From Chloroflexota bacterium (GTDB lineage Bacteria > Chloroflexota > Anaerolineae > Anaerolineales > JBFLVL01), in assembly GCA_040758495.1 (NCBI GenBank), contig JBFLVL010000014.1:17161-81160 (forward strand): a DNA stretch of 64,000 nt. Direction: 5' to 3'. Position numbers and translations under genes: made by a program. The first letter of the stretch is position 1, and the number at the start of each line of letters is the position of its first letter. The notes under the pieces are model-generated. The model was not told where the DNA came from. It worked only from the letters and a program-made list of their open reading frames with translations, and did not search any database. Below, in pieces: positions 9,093 through 18,972 of the stretch.

Positions 9093-12000
9093 TCAAACGC
9101 CAACCTTTTCTTCCTCGATATCTTCCATATTCAGACTGATAACTTGACTACTCGAATCTCGTCCCATCGAAACACCATAGATGAGATCAGCACCCCTTAA
9201 TGTGTTGCGGTTATGGGTTATGATCACAATCTGGGTGTTGTTACTCAACTCCAACAGCAGTTCCCGAAAACGACCGATGTTGGCATCGTCTAACATCGCA
9301 TCCACTTCGTCCAATATACAAAAAGGGGTAGGAGCAAAACGGAGAAGGGCAAAGACCAGAGCGATAGCAGACAAACTCCGCTCTCCACCCGAAAGTACGG
9401 AGAGGTCTTGGGGACGGCGATTTGGCAGACGCACCTCAATTTCGATCCCTGTTGAGGTCAAGTCATCAGGATTGGTTAGCAATAATTGTGCCGCGCCACC
9501 ACCAAAGAGGCGTTTGAAAATACTGCTGAACTCCCCCGCTACGGCCTCAAAGGTGCTCAGAAACTCCCGTTCCATGAGCATATCTAACTCGCGAATAACA
9601 TCTTTGACATCCGCTTCGGCTCGCTCCAGATCAGTTAGCTGTTCTGTCAGGAAGTTGAAACGCTGCTTGACCTGCTCATACTCGGATTGAGCGTCCGGAT
9701 ATATGGCCCCCATGCGGTGCAACTGAGCCCGTTTTTGTCTTAACGATCGCTCTAGATCAGGAGTGATCGTCTCTACGTGCGGTAATTGCTCAACCATTCC
9801 TTCCAGGGGTAACGGCTTCGGCCCAACTACCTCGTCCGCATACTCAAATTCCACCAAACCAAAGTCATCTTCTATCCTCTGGCGGAGGTGATCCAAATCT
9901 GCCTTGCGTTTATCTAAAGCGATGCGTACCTGGGTATATTGCCTCTCGGATGCCTCTAACGATCTGCGTGCGTTCCTCTCCCTTTCAATCAACTCGTCCT
10001 GCTGTGCCTCGGCTTGCGATAACAACTCCTCATGAGCCGCTATCTGTCCTTGAAGTTTTTCAACTTCTTCAACCATCGAATCTGTTTCTACCCCCAATTG
10101 TTCTTTTCGCTCCGTTAATCCCTGAATATCTGATGAAATGCTTTCTGAACGCGCCACCCATGCCTCGAGCGTTTCGTCATCCAAACGAACTGTAGCGCGT
10201 AAATCTTCCAGTTGTTCCTGAGCATTCCGTACGGCTTGCTCCATAACAGCCGCGCGCGTTTCCCAATCCGATACTTCTTCCCCCAAGGTTTGGTCGGTCA
10301 ACTCATTCAGGAGGATTTCCTTCTCCTCAAGCCCTTTCCGGTACTGGCGGTTATCCTCTTCCACTTCTTCAAGGGCTTTCTCTAATTGGTAGATCTCTTG
10401 GTCACAACGGGCAAAATCCTGGGCAAATTGATCTTTCTGACCATTCAACAGCCCCAATTGCTGCCTGGCGGTTTCAGCTGATAATACAGCTTCCTGGTAA
10501 GAGGTCTCCGCATCCCTGTATGCTTCCTGTGCGTCCGTATTCTCATGGCGCACCTTCCAAAGAGCTTTCTGCTTATCATCACGTTCGTTTTTGGTTTCAG
10601 TCAATGTCTGTACAATTTTCTCCAGGTCATCAGCTACAGCCTTTACCTTAGTTTTTATTGAACGCTGTTCCCTTCCTCTACTTAACTTGCTTGACTGCAC
10701 ATCACTTCCAGTCAATACCGGTCCAGCCGCATCTATTACCTCACCTCGCAACGTGACTGCCCAAATAGGAGCCTCTGCTTTTTTCAACACCCTTAGAGCA
10801 GCACGTTTATCCCGTACCACCAGTACCCGGTTTAACAACAAATCCACTGCCGGGCGTAATTCCTGTGTCACTGATACCAATTCAGCCGCAACACCAATAC
10901 AGTCAGGATCATCGGGGGCTTTTACCCGTCGTTGAACGACCAGATCTTCTAAGGGAATTATCGCCACCCGACCAGAATCCGTTTGCAGTAAATCCAGCAC
11001 TTCTTCAACTTGTTTTCTTGAACGCAGCACAACTGCATCCAGATAAACCCCTAACGCAGAAGAGATGGCCAGCTCCAATTCCTCCGGCACCTCTAATCGC
11101 GACCCCAACAAACCCACTACACCGGATATTTTTGCCTGCTCGGTGACCTCAAGCAGATGTATTGCCCCTTGAGAATATCCTGCTAAAGTATCTTCGGCTT
11201 GATCGAGCACTTCCAACTGTGCGCCCAATCTGGTTAATTCCGCCTGAAGCCCCATCCGATCAACTTCAACCTGCCGGATATCTTCTTCAATTTTTATAAG
11301 CTCCTGCTCGAGGCTCCTAACGGTTGCCTCTGTTCGTTCCAGATGGCTTCGCCTCTGTTGTAAGCTCTTGCTTTCATGTAGCAGCGTATCCTCAGCCTGC
11401 TGAAGCATTGCCCTGGTCTGCTCTATTGCATTACTGTTGGTCTGATCGGCGATATGGAGTTGTCTTTGACGATTGTGTACTTCTTCTAATTGGGCACGCA
11501 ACCGTTCACGGCGGGTAAGAGTTTCCTCCTGTCCAGCATGGATTTTCTCTAGTTCCTCTTGTAGCCTGCTGCGCTCTTCTTGTCTCTTTTCATATTCCCG
11601 CTGTACTTCTGCTAATCTTGATGAAGCTTCATCCAGGTCACTTTGTAAAGCTTGCTTTGACTGTTCAGCCTTCTCGACACGATCATGTCGAATCGCTAAC
11701 TTTTCCCTCAGGCGCGTGATTTCCACTTCCATGTTCTGTCTACGTTCGAGCAAAGCACGATGACGCTCTTCAGTTACTGCGAACTCTCGCTTATGAGATT
11801 CCTGTTGCTGTTGTAACGTCGTTACTCGCGCCAAATACTCCCTCAACTCCAAGCGCAGTGCTTTGTTTTGTTCCCGTCCCAAAAGGATTTGATCTTCTAA
11901 CTCCCGCTGATTTTTACGGGTTTCATCAAATATCGCTCTCTGTTTGGCAGCCATCTTGCGCGTGGCCATAAATTCCTCTTGAGAACGATGCCAGTGATAA

Positions 12001-12698
12001 CCATACCATTCAAGCAACAATAATCGCAGGTCATCCTGTATCTGTTTATAGTCTTTGGCTTTCTGGGCATGTTTTTCCAGGCTGTTCAGTCGGGGTTGTA
12101 ATTCTGAAAGGATATCCCGCACGCGGTCCAGATTGCGGCGCGTGGTGTCCAGCCTGCGCAGGGCTTCTTCCTTCCGGTTGCGATAAAGTCCAATCCCTGC
12201 GGCTTCCTCAAAAAGCCTCCTCCTCTCATCAGCCTTTAGCCCCAAAGCCATGTCCACCAAGCCCTGGTTAACGATCGTGTAAGTCCGCTGTTCTAATCCC
12301 GCACTGGCCAACAATTCTTTAATATCAAACAGACGTACTTTTTGACCATTCAGCAGATACTCATTTTGTCCGTCACGGTATGCACGTCGGACAATGTTCA
12401 CCTCAGAGAAATCCACCGGTAGCCAACCCTCAGAATTGTCAAAGGTGATGTTCACCGCCGCCATGCCAGAACGAGCGCGCAGTTCAGACCCGGAAAAGAT
12501 CAAATCAATTGTCTTTCTAGCCCGCAAGACGCTAAATGACTGCTCCCCCAACACCCAGCGTATGGCATCCACAATGTTGGACTTACCTGAGCCATTTGGC
12601 CCTACAACTGCCGTTATTCCATTCGCAAACTCAAAAACTGTTTGGCTGGCGTAGGTTTTGTAACCCTGAAGTTCTAAAGTTTTTAATCGAATTACCAT
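9093..12698 (-). CDS. smc: chromosome segregation protein SMC
   Basis: Walker A GPNGSGKSN, long coiled coils, a hinge, the LSGGE signature and Walker B FCILDEVDAMLD. Confidence 0.95.
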   Translation of the reverse strand: MVIRLKTLELQGYKTYASQTVFEFANGITAVVGPNGSGKSNIVDAIRWVLGEQSFSVLRARKTIDLIFSGSELRARSGMAAVNITFDNSEGWLPVDFSEVNIVRRAYRDGQNEYLLNGQKVRLFDIKELLASAGLEQRTYTIVNQGLVDMALGLKADERRRLFEEAAGIGLYRNRKEEALRRLDTTRRNLDRVRDILSELQPRLNSLEKHAQKAKDYKQIQDDLRLLLLEWYGYHWHRSQEEFMATRKMAAKQRAIFDETRKNQRELEDQILLGREQNKALRLELREYLARVTTLQQQQESHKREFAVTEERHRALLERRQNMEVEITRLREKLAIRHDRVEKAEQSKQALQSDLDEASSRLAEVQREYEKRQEERSRLQEELEKIHAGQEETLTRRERLRAQLEEVHNRQRQLHIADQTNSNAIEQTRAMLQQAEDTLLHESKSLQQRRSHLERTEATVRSLEQELIKIEEDIRQVEVDRMGLQAELTRLGAQLEVLDQAEDTLAGYSQGAIHLLEVTEQAKISGVVGLLGSRLEVPEELELAISSALGVYLDAVVLRSRKQVEEVLDLLQTDSGRVAIIPLEDLVVQRRVKAPDDPDCIGVAAELVSVTQELRPAVDLLLNRVLVVRDKRAALRVLKKAEAPIWAVTLRGEVIDAAGPVLTGSDVQSSKLSRGREQRSIKTKVKAVADDLEKIVQTLTETKNERDDKQKALWKVRHENTDAQEAYRDAETSYQEAVLSAETARQQLGLLNGQKDQFAQDFARCDQEIYQLEKALEEVEEDNRQYRKGLEEKEILLNELTDQTLGEEVSDWETRAAVMEQAVRNAQEQLEDLRATVRLDDETLEAWVARSESISSDIQGLTERKEQLGVETDSMVEEVEKLQGQIAAHEELLSQAEAQQDELIERERNARRSLEASERQYTQVRIALDKRKADLDHLRQRIEDDFGLVEFEYADEVVGPKPLPLEGMVEQLPHVETITPDLERSLRQKRAQLHRMGAIYPDAQSEYEQVKQRFNFLTEQLTDLERAEADVKDVIRELDMLMEREFLSTFEAVAGEFSSIFKRLFGGGAAQLLLTNPDDLTSTGIEIEVRLPNRRPQDLSVLSGGERSLSAIALVFALLRFAPTPFCILDEVDAMLDDANIGRFRELLLELSNNTQIVIITHNRNTLRGADLIYGVSMGRDSSSQVISLNMEDIEEEKVGV

Positions 12699-12703
12699 AT
12701 TCC

Positions 12704-13414
12704 TTAAATCAACCCACGTTCACTAAGTACATTTTTGGCCGCGTCTTTAGATGCTGAACGTTTGTTTGGACCTTTCCCTCTTCCCCATACCTCGCCATCC
12801 ACGATTACCTCCACTTCAAATTCCTTCTCGTGGTCAGGACCTGAAGTGGCAATTACGCGATATTCTGGAGGAGGGTAATGCCAACCTTGAACCAGCTCTT
12901 GTAAATGACTCTTGGGGTCTTTGTCCGTTACAAACAACTCATCGGATGTGTCTACTAATAAATTTTCAACAAATTGGATGACTGCGGGTAAACCGCAATC
13001 TAAAAACAGTGCTCCTACCACAGCCTCCATGGTAGCACTGAGCAATGAAGTACGTTGCCGCCCTCCAGCAGCTTCCTCACCTTTCCCCAATCGTAGCGCC
13101 TTATCCAACGATAAGCGGCGAGCAAATGCTGCCAGTTGTTTATTCCATATCAGCGCCGCACGTAAGCGAGTCAGACCACCCTCGGGCATTTCCGGGAAAT
13201 GGTTGTATAGCCAAACGCTGACAACCAGTTCAAGAACTGCGTCTCCTAAAAATTCTAAACGTTCGTTGTCTTCCAATACTTCAGGATGTTCGTTTAGATA
13301 AGACCGGTGGGTAAAGGCACGGTTTATCAGTGAGATATCCGTGATGGGTAAATTCAGTCTGTTTACCAACTCTTGGGGAGTTACCAGTTGAACTGATCCC
13401 TGTGGTTTTCCCAT
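12704..13414 (-). CDS. rnc: ribonuclease III
   Basis: NERLEFLGDAVLELVV catalytic motif and a C-terminal dsRBD. AAGGAG sits 5 nt upstream of the ATG at 13414 (the ORF track extends to 13486). Confidence 0.9.
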   Translation of the reverse strand: MGKPQGSVQLVTPQELVNRLNLPITDISLINRAFTHRSYLNEHPEVLEDNERLEFLGDAVLELVVSVWLYNHFPEMPEGGLTRLRAALIWNKQLAAFARRLSLDKALRLGKGEEAAGGRQRTSLLSATMEAVVGALFLDCGLPAVIQFVENLLVDTSDELFVTDKDPKSHLQELVQGWHYPPPEYRVIATSGPDHEKEFEVEVIVDGEVWGRGKGPNKRSASKDAAKNVLSERGLI

Positions 13415-13571
13415 AACAACTCCTTGGAACCCAGGGAACGTTAGTTGCCCATCAGATGTTGGGCAACTGGCGTTCCATAAGTTCACTCTAAAGACTCATT
13501 TGCTAAGGTGGTGGTTACTGGTGCTATTATACTCGCAGGTTCATCATCAACCATAGGGATTAATTTAAACT

Positions 13572-14672
13572 TTACGTACCTCCCCACTTAAACCCTGAGC
13601 CCGTCAGTACCACTACCACTGGTTCTGGCAACTCCCTTAGCAAATCCAATAACACCGGCCACACAATCGCTGAGGTAGGTTCTACATAAAAACCACGCCA
13701 GGCCAGTGAATCGCGGGAGGGCAGTATATCTCTTTCTTCTACTGCCACTATCTTGCCTCGACAAGAAGCCAGCAACCGCAGCACTGCCTCCACCCTTAAT
13801 GGATGGCAAATCCGTACGCCCTCAGCCAGGGTTTCTCCTTCAGTAACGTGTTCTAATTTGTTGGCTCCCTGAGCAAACGCCATCCATAAAGGAGCACAGG
13901 CCTGCGCCTGGACACCAACCAATTGAGGTGGCTCAGAAAGTATACCTGCCTGTTGCAGAGCCCTGAATCCCAGACCAATTCCTAATAACAGACTACCCTG
14001 TCCAGCCGGAGCGATAACACTCCCTGGAGCCATCCCTATCTGAGCGACCAACTCATAGGCAATGGTCGCCATGCCCACCCATCCGAAGGGCAAATATGCA
14101 TGGCTGGCGTATACCCGACCTCCATTGGCAACCTTTCGCACTGCCTCTGCTACATCTGAGCGCTTCCCCTCCACAGGTACTATCTCTGCACCATAGGCAC
14201 TGATCTGTTTTAGTTTCGGTCCCGAAGCATAAGCTGGGACAAAAACCTTGACGCAAATATGAGATCGGGCAGCATAAGCAGCCAAGGAAGCCCCCGCATT
14301 GCCAGATGAATCTTCAACCACAGACCGTACCTGACGGGATTTAAGTAAGCTCACCAGGGGAGCTGTACCACGATCTTTAAACGAACCCGTGGGGTTCAAA
14401 TATTCCAGCTTGAACACTACTTTCTTACCTTGTATGGATTCCCAAACAACAGGTGTCAGCCCCTCTCCCAGAGAAACCACCGGGGCGGTCACAGGCAAAC
14501 CAAAGGTATGACGATAACGCCACATCCCTGGCAGCTCGGTTTCAACTTTAGTAGGGTCAAATGGAGGCAGCTCAACAACATCATATACCCCACCACAGGA
14601 GACGCAGCGATACGGAACTCCCTCTGCAGGGTATGGTCGGTCACAACTGGAACAACGAAAACACTCCATCAT
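13572..14672 (-). CDS. threonine-synthase-like PLP-dependent enzyme with N-terminal zinc ribbon
   Basis: CFRCSSC..CVSCGG ribbon and the PLP-lysine motif NPTGSFKDRG. Start chosen at MMECF after AGGAGG. Confidence 0.75.
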   Translation of the reverse strand: MMECFRCSSCDRPYPAEGVPYRCVSCGGVYDVVELPPFDPTKVETELPGMWRYRHTFGLPVTAPVVSLGEGLTPVVWESIQGKKVVFKLEYLNPTGSFKDRGTAPLVSLLKSRQVRSVVEDSSGNAGASLAAYAARSHICVKVFVPAYASGPKLKQISAYGAEIVPVEGKRSDVAEAVRKVANGGRVYASHAYLPFGWVGMATIAYELVAQIGMAPGSVIAPAGQGSLLLGIGLGFRALQQAGILSEPPQLVGVQAQACAPLWMAFAQGANKLEHVTEGETLAEGVRICHPLRVEAVLRLLASCRGKIVAVEERDILPSRDSLAWRGFYVEPTSAIVWPVLLDLLRELPEPVVVVLTGSGFKWGGT

Positions 14673-14706
14673 AAAAACGGTTACCCTCCTAGAAAAACCC
14701 CTTCCC

Positions 14707-15426
14707 TTAGTCTCCCGGCCTGGGAATATATTCCCCCTCAACCCACCTCTGGCCTTGTGGTGAGATTTCTTGTTTCCAGACAGGTACGATCTCTTTCAGC
14801 CTGTCTATGCCATATCGAGCGGCTTCAAAAATACTATCGTCACGATGGGCAGCCGAACAAGCAACCATAACGGTAGGTGTACCGGGTTTCAGGTGTCCTA
14901 CACGCTGTACAATCGCAATCCCCTCCACATCTGGCCATCTGATACGGATTTCCTCTGCTATCTGACGCATCTTTATATCGGCCATCGGTGGGTACGCCTC
15001 GTAGTTTATGTAGGAAGTTTCTTCAAATTCCTCTCGTTTCGTTATAGCGCGGACCACACCAGTAAAAATGCATATAGCTCCAACTGTCGGTGTTGTAATT
15101 TTTCCCACAATCCCGTCAAAGTCAATTTCCCCCTCCATTATGGCGATTACCACGGGAAAATCCGATCCCTTTCCCCCACTAACCGGTGGGAACATTGCCA
15201 CCTCCGCACCATCCGGGACCTCATCCTCGTCCAAGGCGAACTCCCGGTTGATGGCTACTAAAACCGAAGGAATGGCATCCGCTATACTTGGATATGCCTC
15301 GACCACTTTCGTTTTCAGGTCTTTCACGGTTGCATGCTTCGGGAGTACCAGCTCAGCACGCGTAATTCCAGCGCGATCCCGGACAGTGGCGAAAAACAAC
15401 AAGGTCACTACCACCTGATCACTCAT
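14707..15426 (-). CDS. fused molybdopterin synthase MoaD-MoaE
   Basis: aa 1-85 are ThiS/MoaD-like and end in ...FPPVSGG (GG codons at 15172-15177). A MoaE domain follows directly (FTGVVR..., HRDDSFEAARY...VPVWK). Confidence 0.85.
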   Translation of the reverse strand: MSDQVVVTLLFFATVRDRAGITRAELVLPKHATVKDLKTKVVEAYPSIADAIPSVLVAINREFALDEDEVPDGAEVAMFPPVSGGKGSDFPVVIAIMEGEIDFDGIVGKITTPTVGAICIFTGVVRAITKREEFEETSYINYEAYPPMADIKMRQIAEEIRIRWPDVEGIAIVQRVGHLKPGTPTVMVACSAAHRDDSIFEAARYGIDRLKEIVPVWKQEISPQGQRWVEGEYIPRPGD

Positions 15427-15901
15427 TGATCACCTCTCCGCTGGTACCTCCACGTTTTTCCACCAAAGTTATATTGGCTATGCGCACTGTCCTTTCGATG
15501 GACTTTACCATGTCGTATATCGTCAAGGCTGCCACAGAAACCGCCGTCAAGGCCTCCATCTCTACACCCGTTTTTGCCTCCGTGAGCACACTCGCCCGTA
15601 TCTGCACACCCGGTAAACCCTCATCCAATTCCAGCTCCACGTCAATGTGTCCCAGTGGGATGGGATGGCAAAGCGGGATCAGGTCCGCGGTGCGTTTAGC
15701 CCCCATCACACCCGCTATTTGAGCCACGGTTAACACATCCCCTTTTTTCATCACCCCCTTTCGAAGCTGCTCGAACGTCTCGAACTTCATAATTACCTCT
15801 CCCCTGGCAATTGCGAGCCGCTCACTGACAGGCTTAGGCCCAACATCCACCATGCGTACACGTCCACGTTCGTCTGTATGAGATAAGTCTTTTTTAACCA
15901 T
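15419..15901 (-). CDS. moaC: cyclic pyranopterin monophosphate synthase MoaC
   Basis: RMVDVG.K..., [11 protein letters not shown] and [18 protein letters not shown] motifs. Alternative starts at 15916, 15940 and 15961. Confidence 0.9.
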   Translation of the reverse strand: MVKKDLSHTDERGRVRMVDVGPKPVSERLAIARGEVIMKFETFEQLRKGVMKKGDVLTVAQIAGVMGAKRTADLIPLCHPIPLGHIDVELELDEGLPGVQIRASVLTEAKTGVEMEALTAVSVAALTIYDMVKSIERTVRIANITLVEKRGGTSGEVINE

Positions 15902-16013
15902 GATGAAATTATACATGCAAACTGATGCTGTCCTTATCATAATCTCCCCTTTGACAGGCACCTTCTTTCTGGTATTCCAGCTTGGTTCTTTGCCCGTGAT
16001 ATAATCTCAACCC

Positions 16014-16925
16014 GTGACAAGCAAATTCGAAAAGTGGAAGACCGCTCTGGCCAAAACCAGCAAAGCCCAGTTCGGACGCATTGCTAACTTATTAGGAACA
16101 ACACAGATCACCAAAGAAACCTGGGATAACCTCGAAGCATTGCTCATCCAATGCGATCTGGGTATTGACACCACCCAACAAATCATCACCTCCCTCCAAA
16201 AAAGAGTACACCAAGAGGGATTGACTCAGGCATCTGAGCTCAAAAAAGCCCTTCGTGATGAATTGCTTCATCGGCTGGATAGCCCTCCCGCTTTTGATTT
16301 CCCCTCCAAACCAAGTGTAGTACTCATCGTAGGCGTTAACGGATCAGGCAAAACAACCAGTGTGGCAAAATTAGGCAAACGGTACAGCAACGAGGGCAAA
16401 CGTATACTCCTGGTAACCACAGATACCTATCGGGCTGCGGCCATCGAACAATTGCAAATATTAGGACAGCGGTTAAGCCTGCCCGTGCACCATGGTCACC
16501 CCGGTGGTGATCCCGGTGCAGTTGCATACGACGCCTTGCAATCTGCTCAAAAAAGAGGCATAGACCTGGTATTGATAGATACAGCCGGTCGTTTACACAC
16601 CCGTTTCAACCTGCTCGAAGAACTTAAAAAGGTTCATCGCGTTGTGGGTAAGGCACTACCTGGAGCCCCACAGGCTATCTGGTTGGTTTTAGATGCCACA
16701 ACGGGTCAAAATGCCTTTCGCCAAGCCCAAGCCTTCAAAGAAGCCGTCCAGGTAAACGGTATCATCCTAGCGAAGTTAGATACCTCCGCGCGAGGGGGTA
16801 TGACATTTGCCATTCAACAGGAGCTTGGCATCCCGGTTATTTTTGCCGGATTGGGCGAAAAATTGGACGATCTACATCCTTTTGATCCAGAAGCATTTGT
16901 AACCAGCGTTATGAAAGATTTTTAA
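16014..16925 (+). CDS. ftsY: signal recognition particle receptor FtsY (short form)
   Basis: GVNGSGKTTS, DTAGR and LAKLD GTPase motifs. GTG start at 16014. Confidence 0.9.
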   Translation: MTSKFEKWKTALAKTSKAQFGRIANLLGTTQITKETWDNLEALLIQCDLGIDTTQQIITSLQKRVHQEGLTQASELKKALRDELLHRLDSPPAFDFPSKPSVVLIVGVNGSGKTTSVAKLGKRYSNEGKRILLVTTDTYRAAAIEQLQILGQRLSLPVHHGHPGGDPGAVAYDALQSAQKRGIDLVLIDTAGRLHTRFNLLEELKKVHRVVGKALPGAPQAIWLVLDATTGQNAFRQAQAFKEAVQVNGIILAKLDTSARGGMTFAIQQELGIPVIFAGLGEKLDDLHPFDPEAFVTSVMKDF

Positions 16926-17020
16926 CCATCCCATCAGACAAAAATGGGAGAAAAATACTTTTTGTCTTCTCGCTCCCTTTGTGGTTAAATTAGCTCTAAC
17001 ACGGAAAAATAGGAGTAAAC

Positions 17021-18107
17021 ATGCAAGACCTAATTGATCGCTTATTGGTATGTGAAGAAAAAATCCAAAGCCTTCTGGTGCGTCTTTGACTTAGCAGATA
17101 AAGAAGCTCAACTTAAAGCGTTACAGAAACAATCCGAAGACCCTTCCTTTTGGAATCAGCCAGCCTCTGCTCAGAAGATTATGAAGCAAATCGCCTCTCT
17201 TAGCGAAGAGCTTGAGAGCTGGAAGGCGCTGCAACAACGCATTAGCGATACCCTTGAATTGGCCAGACTTGAGGATGAGGGGTTATTTGCTGAGCTGGCA
17301 AAAGAAGTTACGAAAATAGAGCAGGAAGTTGACAAGCGTGAATTTAACACATTACTCGCTGGTGAATATGACCTCAATGATGCTTATTTAGCCATCCATG
17401 CTGGAGCCGGGGGCACAGATTCCCAGGATTGGGCAGAAATGCTCTTACGCATGTACTTACGTTGGGCTGAAGCGCACGACTATAAGACAGAAATCTTGGA
17501 TACCACACCCGGTGAAGAGGCGGGCATCAAGAGTGTGACCGTAGCCGTAGATGGACGCTATGCATATGGCTACCTGAAAACAGAAAAGGGAGTCCACCGC
17601 CTCATACGGCTCTCCCCCTTTGATGCCGCTCATCGCCGGCATACTTCCTTCGCCCTGGTAGAAGTGCTTCCCCAGGTCGAGGACGATACGGACATTGAAA
17701 TAGACTTCAACGACCTGCGGATTGACACATTTCGCTCAGCAGGTGCTGGTGGACAAAATGTCCAAAAAAACGACACTGCTGTGCGCATCACTCACTACCC
17801 TACCGGTATAGTGGTCACCTGCCAGAATGAACGCTCTCAGTTACAGAACCGCGAGAACGCTATGCGTGTACTCCGCTCCCGCTTGTTGGAGCTTAAACAG
17901 CTTGAGCATGAACAACAGATGTCTGAGTTGCGAGGGGAATACCGGAAGGCCGAATGGGGCAGCCAGATCCGCTCTTATGTTTTACATCCCTACCAGTTGG
18001 TCAAAGACCACCGTACGGATTACGAGGTGGGCAATGCTCAATCCGTGCTAAATGGCAACCTGGATGGGTTCATCGAAGCACAGCTTCGATCAGAGGTTGG
18101 AGAGTAA
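17021..18107 (+). CDS. prfB: peptide chain release factor 2 (needs a +1 frameshift; join 17021..17086,17088..18107)
   Basis: AGGAG at 17011-15 and ATG at 17021. After 22 codons comes CTT TGA C. The +1 frame continues DLADKEAQ... with SPF and GGQ motifs. Confidence 0.9.
17084..17090 (+). promoter_or_regulatory. programmed +1 ribosomal frameshift site CUU UGA C
   Basis: In-frame TGA at 17087-17089, preceded by CTT and followed by C, exactly the classical prfB recoding heptamer. Confidence 0.85.
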
Positions 18108-18122
18108 GAAAGAAACGTCACA

Positions 18123-18938
18123 ATGATCATCGAATGGTTTACCCACCTCAACCCGATAGGACAGGCTCTGCTGGGCACAGGTTTTACCTGGTTGCTTACT
18201 GCTCTTGGATCTGCCATGGTCTTCATCTTCAAGAGCATGAACCGAAAGGTTCTGAATGGCATGCTGGGGTTTGCCTCCGGGGTTATGATTGCTGCCAGCT
18301 ATTGGTCACTTCTAGCTCCCGCTATCGAATTAGCGCAAGAATCTGATATACCCTCCTGGATTCCAGCATCAGTCGGCTTCCTGTTAGGGGGTGTATTCCT
18401 TTGGGGTGTAGACAAAGTCCTGCCTCACCTGCATTCGGGATTTCCAATAGAAGAAGCGGAAGGTATAAAGACCAGGTGGCGCAGAAGTTTATTACTGGTA
18501 TTGGCAATCACCCTGCACAACATACCGGAGGGCATGGCAGTGGGAGTCGCCTTCGGAGCGGTCAGTGTCGGTTTACCAGCCGCCTCCATGGCTGGAGCCG
18601 TCGCACTGGCATTGGGTATTGGAATTCAGAATTTCCCTGAAGGAGCGGCTGTATCTATCCCCTTACGCAGAGAAGGCATGTCTCGCCTGAAAAGTTTCTG
18701 GTACGGACAACTGTCTGGCCTCGTAGAACCCTTGTCCGGATTGTTGGGAGCAGCCGCGGTAGTGTTTATCCGACCGATTTTGCCCTATGCCCTGGCATTC
18801 GCTGCGGGTGCCATGATCTACGTCGTAGTAGAAGAGTTGATCCCCGAATCCCAATTGGAACGTCATGCCCACATTGCCACGGCAGGGGCCATGCTAGGTT
18901 TTGCACTCATGATGATACTGGATGTCGCCCTGGGTTAA
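18123..18938 (+). CDS. ZIP family metal (Zn/Fe) transporter
   Basis: [13 protein letters not shown] and [10 protein letters not shown] motifs in a multi-TM protein. Confidence 0.85.
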   Translation: MIIEWFTHLNPIGQALLGTGFTWLLTALGSAMVFIFKSMNRKVLNGMLGFASGVMIAASYWSLLAPAIELAQESDIPSWIPASVGFLLGGVFLWGVDKVLPHLHSGFPIEEAEGIKTRWRRSLLLVLAITLHNIPEGMAVGVAFGAVSVGLPAASMAGAVALALGIGIQNFPEGAAVSIPLRREGMSRLKSFWYGQLSGLVEPLSGLLGAAAVVFIRPILPYALAFAAGAMIYVVVEELIPESQLERHAHIATAGAMLGFALMMILDVALG

Positions 18939-18972
18939 ATAGCCCCAGCGAATCATCCTTTACCGTTATCAA

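Noticed and set aside
9181-12654. Series of + strand ORFs (up to 169 aa) opposite smc.
   Set aside because: They are antisense to a 1201-aa gene with complete SMC motifs. Low-complexity Ser/Arg-rich translations are typical of the reverse frame of coiled-coil genes.
15902-15990. Molybdenum-cofactor riboswitch upstream of moaC.
   Set aside because: The space between the likely promoter and the start codon is only a few nucleotides. No conserved Moco-motif stems are recognisable.
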